Shown here in pieces: positions 25,732-32,000 of a stretch of DNA of 32,000 nucleotides. The notes under the pieces were generated by a model. It made no database searches, was not told the DNA's origin, and saw only the letters and a list, made by a program, of their open reading frames with translations. The position numbers were made by a program, and so were the translations under genes. Source of the DNA: Ruminococcus albus 7 = DSM 20455 (GTDB lineage: Bacteria; Bacillota; Clostridia; Oscillospirales; Ruminococcaceae); assembly GCF_000179635.2 (NCBI RefSeq), contig NC_014833.1:600001-632000 (forward strand), written 5' to 3'. Position 1 is the first letter of the stretch. Each line of letters starts with the position of its first letter.

Positions 25732-26739
25732 ATGTCAGAAAAAACAGTTACCCTCGCCCACGGTGCGGGCGGAAAGCAGACCTCGGAACTTATCGACAGA
25801 GTTTTCAAGGCACATTTCTCAAATCCTCAGTTCACAGCAGATGATGCCGCTGTGCTGAATATCGGCGACGGCAGACTTGCCATGTCCACCGACGGCTTCA
25901 TCGTTTCCCCTTTTGAATTCAACGGCGGAAACATCGGCAAACTTTCCATCTGCGGAACAGTCAACGACCTTTCCTGCATGGGTGCGAAGCCTCTGTACCT
26001 CACCTGTGCTTTCGTCATCGAAGAGGGATTCCCACTTGACAAGCTTGAAGAGATTGCCGCTTCTATGGAAAAGACCGCGGCTGAGGCTGGTGTCAAGATA
26101 GTCGCAGGCGATACCAAGGTAGCAGGCAAGGGTCAGGTGGATAAGATATTCATCACCACCACAGGCATAGGCAGGATAATGGATAACGCCGATACCTCGG
26201 GCACATACGCTAAGCCCGGCGATGCTGTCATAGTTACGGGCGATGTGGGCAGACACGGCTGTACCATACTTCTCGCCCGCGATGAATACGGCATAGATGC
26301 CAATGTTGACAGCGACTGCGCACCTCTCTGGGGCACAGTTGAAAGCCTGTATACCGTCACCAATGATATCCACACTATCCGTGACGCTACCCGCGGCGGC
26401 GTTGGTACAGTCCTCTATGAGATAGCCGAGCAGAGCAATGTAGGTGTTCGCCTGAACGCAGAAGATATCCCCGTTGACCCAGCTGTCAAGGGCGTTTGTG
26501 GTATGCTGGGTCTTGAACCCCTCTACCTCGCCTGTGAGGGCAGACTTGTAATAATCGCTCCCAAGGACAAAGCACCTGCACTTGTTGAAAAGCTCCGCGA
26601 GGGCAAGTATTCAAAGAATGCCGCTATCATCGGTGAGATAACCGCCGAAAACGCAGGCAGAGTAGTCATGGAGACCGAGATAGGCGCCCAGACCATGCTC
26701 CCTCAGCCCGGCGGCGAACTTCTGCCGCGCATATGCTGA
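25732..26739 (+). CDS. hypE: Hydrogenase maturation carbamoyl dehydratase HypE.
   Basis: The protein has a PurM-like fold. Its N-terminus is LAHGAGG and its C-terminus is the PRIC motif. Confidence 0.95.
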   Translation: MSEKTVTLAHGAGGKQTSELIDRVFKAHFSNPQFTADDAAVLNIGDGRLAMSTDGFIVSPFEFNGGNIGKLSICGTVNDLSCMGAKPLYLTCAFVIEEGFPLDKLEEIAASMEKTAAEAGVKIVAGDTKVAGKGQVDKIFITTTGIGRIMDNADTSGTYAKPGDAVIVTGDVGRHGCTILLARDEYGIDANVDSDCAPLWGTVESLYTVTNDIHTIRDATRGGVGTVLYEIAEQSNVGVRLNAEDIPVDPAVKGVCGMLGLEPLYLACEGRLVIIAPKDKAPALVEKLREGKYSKNAAIIGEITAENAGRVVMETEIGAQTMLPQPGGELLPRIC

Positions 26740-26748
26740 TAATAAAAA

Positions 26749-26783
26749 CTGCGTCCGCGGAATTTCCGCAGACGCAGTTTTTT
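26749..26783. terminator. Bidirectional rho-independent terminator (hypE / dut).
   Basis: A 13-bp stem with one mismatch pairs CTGCGTCCGCGGA (26749-26761) with TCCGCAGACGCAG (26765-26777). T6 lies downstream and A5 upstream. Confidence 0.85.
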
Positions 26784-27226
26784 CATCTTTTTCCGGTTGA
26801 GCCGAATCCTCCCGCACCTCTTGCAGTGTCGGAAAGTTCATCGCTTTCGCATACCTCGGGACGATATATAGGCGTTACTACCAGCTGTGCTATCCTGTCG
26901 CCGTTCTGTATCACCCTGTCATCGGCTGATGCATTGTGCAGTGCGACTATCAGTTCACCGCGGTAATCCCAGTCAACTACGCCCACGCAGTTTGCAGGGG
27001 CAAGACCAAGCTTTGTCGCCAGAGAACTTCTCGCATATATCAGCAGTACAGCATTCTTTTCGCCTTCAAGTTCCGCCGCCAGCCCTGTTGGAACTTTCAC
27101 AGTTTCTCCTGCGGGTATACTTATCTCGCCATCAACGCAGGCGCAAAGATCGAGCCCTGCGCTGTATTCTGTCTGATATTTCGGTATGACTGCGTTCTCA
27201 CGCAGTTTCTTGAACAATAATCTCAT
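26783..27226 (-). CDS. dut: dUTP diphosphatase.
   Basis: Motifs include ...SAGLDL..., GVVDWDYRGE, ...RIAQLV... and a C-terminal RGAGGFGSTG. Confidence 0.9.
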   Translation of the reverse strand: MRLLFKKLRENAVIPKYQTEYSAGLDLCACVDGEISIPAGETVKVPTGLAAELEGEKNAVLLIYARSSLATKLGLAPANCVGVVDWDYRGELIVALHNASADDRVIQNGDRIAQLVVTPIYRPEVCESDELSDTARGAGGFGSTGKR

Positions 27227-27237
27227 AACTGTCTCCT

Positions 27238-29289
27238 TTATTGTACACCGCGGTAATACAGACCGCGTGTTATCTTATCGGGTCTGCCGTTAAGTCCGCC
27301 GTTTTCGTATTCTTCGATGATGTGTCTCACCTGTGCGGGAGTTTCATCGGTAAAATCAAGCATAAGTATATCAGCACTTCGGAGGTCGCCAAGCTTGTCA
27401 GCCATGTAAAGCACCTCGCTGTTGAGTATCTCCACATAGCCTTCCCGCTTTGAACACCTGACAGGGAAATCCCTGCCTGTGCGGTCGGTGATATGATGTA
27501 TGCAGTTTTTACAGCCTGCCGCCGCCGATATCGGACAGTTCACCGTCAGCATAAGTGGCAGTCTGCCGTAGGCGTATACACCTATGGGCAGGGGCTTTTT
27601 CAGCCGTGATATCTGCGCCGCTTTCAGTTCAAAGCTGACAATTGCATCAGCCGCACCAAGTTCTTTAGCCATATTCAGCGCACATGAATTCGTCAGATTG
27701 AACCCGAATCCCGAGTGAAGAACCATGCCAAGTTCTTTGGCTATCTCGGTATGGGCAAGGTTTGTGGCATACAGGTGGTTTATACCCACGCGCTTTGCTT
27801 CTGCAAGTCGGTTCAGCTGTTTATCCTCGTCAAAGGTGAAGCGCGGCATCATAACCGCGAGTTTATCAGCAGGGAAGACCTCAGCCGCCCTCACCGCAAG
27901 GTCAAGGGGGACACAGCACATTTCCACTTTTTCGGGAGATACCGCACCAAGCTGTTCAAGGTTAGTCACGCTTACACGGATAGTCTGTCCGCCACCCTTG
28001 TATTTCTCAAAGTCGGTGATATCGGACTTAGTAAAGGGGACAACTGCGCTGTTTTTCAGCGCACGCTCGTTGTCCATCTCCGTACAGACTTTACGCCTTA
28101 ACTCGTTAAGTTCACCGGGGCTGACGAAAAGACCCTCGTCAATATCACATTCAGCACCGCCGAAGGTGTATATGGTTTCGCCAAGCTTTGAAATCTGTTT
28201 AATGACTGCGGCTTCATCGACAGCCCTGCTTTTCGCCTGCTGGGGATATCCGCCCTCCGCAGAGACCTCCGTGCCGAGACTGTCCCGCGCTGTCAGCCTG
28301 ACAGCTTCATCTGCCTTTATCCTTATCTCAAAACTGATGGTATCGCGCTTGTCCTCATAGCGGTAAAGCTCGTGTATCTTAGGCATAGCCTTAGCACCTG
28401 CCGCCGCGTCCTCACCTGTGCGCATACCGAACATATCCCCACCCAGTTTGTGGTGCAGATATCCGTCGGTAAATCCATTTCGTGAGAATACAGCTTCAAG
28501 TGTCTGCCTGTCGTAGTCCTCACCCGCAAGGGATTTTTTACAGCTGTCAACTGCCATAGCCACATATTCGGGGCGTTTCATGCGCCCCTCGATTTTCAGC
28601 GAGCTTACGCCTGCGTTTACTATACATTTAAGTTCATCACAGTAGGAAAGGTCTTTCAGGGAAAGGTCATACCTGTCCTTTCCTCTGCCCCCTGCATTGC
28701 AGGGAAGTCTGCAAGCCTGTGCACAAAGACCTCTGTTGGCACTTCTCGAACCCACCACAGCGCTCATGAAGCACTGACCCGATACCGACATACAGAGCGC
28801 CCCGTGTACGAACACCTCTGTCTCGATACCAAGTGCGGAAAGCTCCCTTATTATATCAAGTGGGAGTTCCCTTGAAAGCACAGTACGGCTGAACCCCAGC
28901 TTTTTCGTGACCTCCATTCCGCGGCGGGTATGTATGGTCATCTGGGTAGATGCGTGTATGTGCATATCGGGACAGCACCTGCGTACTATCTCAGCCAGTG
29001 CAAGGTCCTGTGTGATGATGCCGTCAACGCCCGCAGCCGCACAGTGTTTCACCGCTTTTATGCAATCGTCGAGCTGTTCATCGAATATCACTGTGTTTAT
29101 AGTACGGTATACTTTTACGCCTCTCTTGTGGCATTGGTATACCGCTTCTTCAATGTCAGAGTCACTGAAATTCTCTGCGTTCTGTCTTGCAGAAAACTTC
29201 TCTCCTCCAAGGTATACCGCATCACAGCCCGATCTCAGTGCAGCTGTAAGTACCTCGACCGAACCGCATGGTGCTAATATCTCAGCCAT
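27238..29289 (-). CDS. Peptidase U32 family protein (collagenase-like / RNA hydroxylation family).
   Basis: The N-terminus is ILAPCGS and the U32 signature is EVFVHGALCMSVSGQCFMS. The product is 683 aa. Confidence 0.85.
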   Translation of the reverse strand: MAEILAPCGSVEVLTAALRSGCDAVYLGGEKFSARQNAENFSDSDIEEAVYQCHKRGVKVYRTINTVIFDEQLDDCIKAVKHCAAAGVDGIITQDLALAEIVRRCCPDMHIHASTQMTIHTRRGMEVTKKLGFSRTVLSRELPLDIIRELSALGIETEVFVHGALCMSVSGQCFMSAVVGSRSANRGLCAQACRLPCNAGGRGKDRYDLSLKDLSYCDELKCIVNAGVSSLKIEGRMKRPEYVAMAVDSCKKSLAGEDYDRQTLEAVFSRNGFTDGYLHHKLGGDMFGMRTGEDAAAGAKAMPKIHELYRYEDKRDTISFEIRIKADEAVRLTARDSLGTEVSAEGGYPQQAKSRAVDEAAVIKQISKLGETIYTFGGAECDIDEGLFVSPGELNELRRKVCTEMDNERALKNSAVVPFTKSDITDFEKYKGGGQTIRVSVTNLEQLGAVSPEKVEMCCVPLDLAVRAAEVFPADKLAVMMPRFTFDEDKQLNRLAEAKRVGINHLYATNLAHTEIAKELGMVLHSGFGFNLTNSCALNMAKELGAADAIVSFELKAAQISRLKKPLPIGVYAYGRLPLMLTVNCPISAAAGCKNCIHHITDRTGRDFPVRCSKREGYVEILNSEVLYMADKLGDLRSADILMLDFTDETPAQVRHIIEEYENGGLNGRPDKITRGLYYRGVQ

Positions 29290-29847
29290 TTACTTATCGT
29301 TCCCCTGTCCGCTGCTGCCTGCAGCTATAGCTTGCTCAAAGCTTTTCATGTAAGGGCTGTCCTGTATCGATTTCCTCTGCGCGTCACTTATCTCAGGCTT
29401 TGTTTCTGTAACAGTATTCTCGCCTATCGCTGCCTTGATGTCCCCCCTGAGGATATCTTCAGCGCTCACAGCTTCACCCACATTGTTCATCGCACTGAAA
29501 TTAGTCCTTTCAGCCAGCTCCTTTTCAAGCTGCTCGACCCTTTCCTGCAGTGACTTTATCTCTCTCTGTGCAGCTGCAGCCTGATTTCTCGCTCTGCCTG
29601 CATCGTCAACATAGTCCTTTATCTGTGTGCGTATATTGTCTATGTTCCTGTTTGCCTGTCCGAGTTCGTCCATGCAGTCGAGGGCTGTGAGCACAGCACA
29701 GTCAGTTACTGTCAGACTGGTGAAACGCGCTTTCATATCCTTCAGGCGCTTGTCAAGAGCCGCCGCCAGTCTTTCTGTGTAATCCTTGTTGTCCTCACTT
29801 GTCAGGTTGTAATCCCTTCCCATTATCGTGACTTTGTAGGTTGCCAT
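29290..29847 (-). CDS. zapA: Cell division protein ZapA family.
   Basis: The N-terminus reads YKVTIMGRDYNLTSEDNKDYTERLAAALDKRL...LTVTDCAVLTALD and is followed by a coiled coil. Its stop directly abuts the U32 start. Confidence 0.7.
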   Translation of the reverse strand: MATYKVTIMGRDYNLTSEDNKDYTERLAAALDKRLKDMKARFTSLTVTDCAVLTALDCMDELGQANRNIDNIRTQIKDYVDDAGRARNQAAAAQREIKSLQERVEQLEKELAERTNFSAMNNVGEAVSAEDILRGDIKAAIGENTVTETKPEISDAQRKSIQDSPYMKSFEQAIAAGSSGQGNDK

Positions 29848-29883
29848 AGCATACTCCTCCTTGCAAAATAAAATTAATGTATA

Positions 29884-30375
29884 TCATATATCAAGTCCGT
29901 ATACATAGTCGTCCATGAAGTATCCACTTCCGATATCATTCTTTTCCGACCGTATCATACGAAGTCCCAGCGCCTCGTATATCCTGCAGGCACTGTTATT
30001 TTTATTGACATTGAGCTCGATCCTTCCGAGCCCCTGCTTCTTTGCTTCATCCTTCACGTATCCCATCATGCTCCGAGCATAGCCCTTGCCGCGCTCATTT
30101 CTGTACAGGTAGAACTTACTGAGATACATACTGTCTTTCTTCGGGTAAAACGCCATGAAGCCCACGTTCCTGCCGCTGTTCCTTACAAAGAAATATCTGT
30201 ATCCGCTGTCAAGCTGTTTTTTTATAGCATCCTCCGTCTGGAACATAGCTAACATATAATCGTTCTGTTTTCTGCCTATGATCGGGTCATAGTGCTCCCT
30301 GACTATCTCCGATGCCATAGCTGACATTTCCCTTATACCGTCAGCATCATTTTTGTAAAGCTCATCGAATTCCAT
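29884..30375 (-). CDS. GNAT-family N-acetyltransferase.
   Basis: The 163-aa protein carries an acetyl-CoA binding motif, RNERGKGYARSMM, with the typical GNAT layout. Confidence 0.75.
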   Translation of the reverse strand: MEFDELYKNDADGIREMSAMASEIVREHYDPIIGRKQNDYMLAMFQTEDAIKKQLDSGYRYFFVRNSGRNVGFMAFYPKKDSMYLSKFYLYRNERGKGYARSMMGYVKDEAKKQGLGRIELNVNKNNSACRIYEALGLRMIRSEKNDIGSGYFMDDYVYGLDI

Positions 30376-30568
30376 ATCACGCTCTCCCGAACTGTCACAT
30401 CAGCCTCACTGACCCCACGATATATCATCATCTGTCCGCAAAACTGTTCACTTTTCATTATACAACATTTTTCACAAAAAATAAACCCCTTTCACAGAAA
30501 AAATTAAAATTATCCGTTTTTTATATTTACGGCTGAATGACCGGTCATCCCTTGACCACACCGCCATA

Positions 30569-30604
30569 TAAAAAATGCGTCCGCAGAAAACTCCGCAGAC
30601 GCAT
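30569..30604 (-). terminator. Rho-independent terminator of the citrate synthase gene.
   Basis: On the minus strand the sequence is ATGCGTCTGCGGAGTTTTCTGCGGACGCA followed by T6. The outer 7 bp of the stem are perfect and the inner pairs are imperfect. Confidence 0.65.
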
Positions 30605-30611
30605 ATATCTG

Positions 30612-31958
30612 TCATCTTTCGTTTATAGGTACATAAGCTCTTTCCTTAGCCACAGCCTTGTAAGCAGGACGGATTATCCTCTTGCCGGTAACAAGCTCTT
30701 CAAAACGGTGAGCGCACCAGCCGGGCATTCTCGATACCGCAAACATAGGTGTGAACAGATCCTGAGGTACACCCAGCATTCTGTAAACAAAGCCCGAATA
30801 CATATCAACATTCGCACACATAGCCTTTGTGCTGCCCTTTATCTTCAGGAACAGTTCAGGTGTAAGGCGCTCGATAGTTTCCAGCAGGTGGAATTCCTTC
30901 TCAAACTCCGTACCCTCAGCCATGCGCTTTGCATTGGCTTTCAGTATCACAGCTCTGGGATCGGAAAGGGTGTATACCGCATGACCCATACCGTATATAA
31001 GACCCGACTGATCGAAAGCCTCTTTCTTCAGTATCTTTGTCAGGAAATCTGCGACTTCGCCTTCGTCGTCCCAGTTTGCAACGTGCTGCTTTACACACTC
31101 CTGCATAGCAGATACTTTGATGTTCGCACCGCCGTGTTTGGGTCCCTTCAGTGAACCGATAGCAGCGGAGTATGCAGAGTAAGGATCGGTGCCCGAAGAT
31201 GTCAGTACGCGGCAGGCAAAGGTGGAGTTGTTTCCGCCGCCGTGTTCAGCGTGAAGCATCATCAGCAGGTCGAGAAGCTTAGCCTCATCGTCCGTGAACT
31301 TCCTGTCGGGACGTATAGCCGCCAGTATCATCTCAGCAGTGCTGTGATTCGGGTCAAGAGGATGCAGGAACATCGTCTGATTGTCAAATGTCCTCTTCTT
31401 AACCTGATAAGCCAGTGTCATTATGTAGGGCAGTTTCGATATTATGGATATCGCTGTTGCCATTTCATATTCGGGGGCGCGGTTCTCGGGATTGTCATCA
31501 TATGAATAAAGCGCCAGTATGGAACGTGACATCTTGTTCATTATGTCCTTAGACGGTGCCTTGAGTATCATATCCGAGAAGAAATCAGCAGGCAGCGGAC
31601 GGTTCTCCGCTATCATGTGCCTGAATGCCTTCAGTTCATCCTTATTGGGCAGTTCACCCAGCAGAAGAAGGTATACTATCTCCTCAAAGCCGAAGCGGTT
31701 TTCCTTAACGGCATTTCCAACCAGATCGTTTATATTGTAGCCGCGATAGATCAGCTGACCTTCGATCGGCATTTTTTCTCCTTCATTCACCACATATCCG
31801 TGAACGTTGCAAATATTGGTAAGACCCGCAGTAACACCTGTGCCGTCGGCATTTCTCAGACCTCTCTTTACGCTGTACCTGTCATAGTACCCGGGGTCTA
31901 TGGTGTTGTTTTTCACAAACTGCTGACAGAGCAGTTTCCTCGCTGTATCATTTACCAT
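30612..31958 (-). CDS. Citrate synthase (Si-type citrate synthase family).
   Basis: Motifs include ...HAEHGGGNNSTF..., GPKHGGAN and GMGHAVYTLSDPRA. The product is 448 aa. Confidence 0.9.
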   Translation of the reverse strand: MVNDTARKLLCQQFVKNNTIDPGYYDRYSVKRGLRNADGTGVTAGLTNICNVHGYVVNEGEKMPIEGQLIYRGYNINDLVGNAVKENRFGFEEIVYLLLLGELPNKDELKAFRHMIAENRPLPADFFSDMILKAPSKDIMNKMSRSILALYSYDDNPENRAPEYEMATAISIISKLPYIMTLAYQVKKRTFDNQTMFLHPLDPNHSTAEMILAAIRPDRKFTDDEAKLLDLLMMLHAEHGGGNNSTFACRVLTSSGTDPYSAYSAAIGSLKGPKHGGANIKVSAMQECVKQHVANWDDEGEVADFLTKILKKEAFDQSGLIYGMGHAVYTLSDPRAVILKANAKRMAEGTEFEKEFHLLETIERLTPELFLKIKGSTKAMCANVDMYSGFVYRMLGVPQDLFTPMFAVSRMPGWCAHRFEELVTGKRIIRPAYKAVAKERAYVPINER

Positions 31959-32000
31959 TCATGTTCATCTCACTTTCCTTGGATATTCTGTAATTATACC

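Noticed and set aside
17612-26373. A series of 100-217-aa minus-strand ORFs: 17612..18241, 18028..18675, 19278..19931, 20747..21289, 21555..22094, 22719..23105, 25001..25597 and 25819..26373.
   Set aside because: All lie antisense within well-supported plus-strand genes (nfl and hyp). Their products are Arg/Ser/Cys-rich and unnatural-looking, as expected for shadow frames in GC-richer coding DNA.
27725-28360. Plus-strand ORFs of 211 and 128 aa inside the U32 peptidase gene, the 205-aa ORF 30537..31154 inside citrate synthase, and similar cases.
   Set aside because: They are antisense shadows of confidently identified minus-strand genes.
1-32000. CRISPR arrays, tRNA genes and rRNA genes.
   Set aside because: I found no regularly spaced direct repeats, no cloverleaf-compatible segments and no rRNA-like stretches on either strand. 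The only repeats are IS termini, the hypF-hypC spacer units and the heptad motif.

Overview
The window reads as a Clostridia-type (spore-former) chromosome in three parts.

(1) Positions 1 to about 9640 are AT-rich accessory DNA. This DNA ends in a large serine recombinase gene that abuts a promoterless, start-less 3' segment of the sporulation sigma factor gene sigK. It is therefore the right-hand end of a sigK-intervening (skin-like) element whose left end lies outside the window. The visible cargo is largely decayed:
- an IS5-family copy with a CTAG target duplication inside a membrane-anchored protein gene
- an IS3-family copy with an orfA/orfB frame anomaly
- an IS1595-family copy with perfect 25-bp inverted repeats splitting a small membrane protein gene
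- an IS3 remnant
- short toxin-like C-terminal stubs followed by small immunity-like ORFs

(2) Positions 11754-26783 hold the most interesting feature, a roughly 15 kb co-directional gene cluster whose genes are mostly separated by 13 nt or less or overlap (the larger gaps are listed under the first finding). Its order is:
- a consensus promoter
- a TM1266-type ACT regulator
- a leader with an intrinsic terminator
- hydF
- an unknown 168-aa ORF
- hydE
- two tandem nitrogenase-like NifH/NifD-like/NifK-like trios
- hypF
- a 474-bp repeat-laden spacer
- hypC, hypD and hypE

No hydrogenase structural gene, HydG, HypA/B, maturation protease or NifB/E/N is visible. I know of no described system that combines [FeFe]-hydrogenase maturases, [NiFe]-type Fe(CN)2CO maturases and duplicated nitrogenase-like complexes in one operon.

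(3) Positions 26783-31958 carry ordinary minus-strand housekeeping genes: dut, a U32 peptidase, zapA, a GNAT acetyltransferase and citrate synthase. A MATE efflux gene sits between sigK and the hyd/nfl/hyp cluster.

I saw no rRNA, tRNA or CRISPR array.
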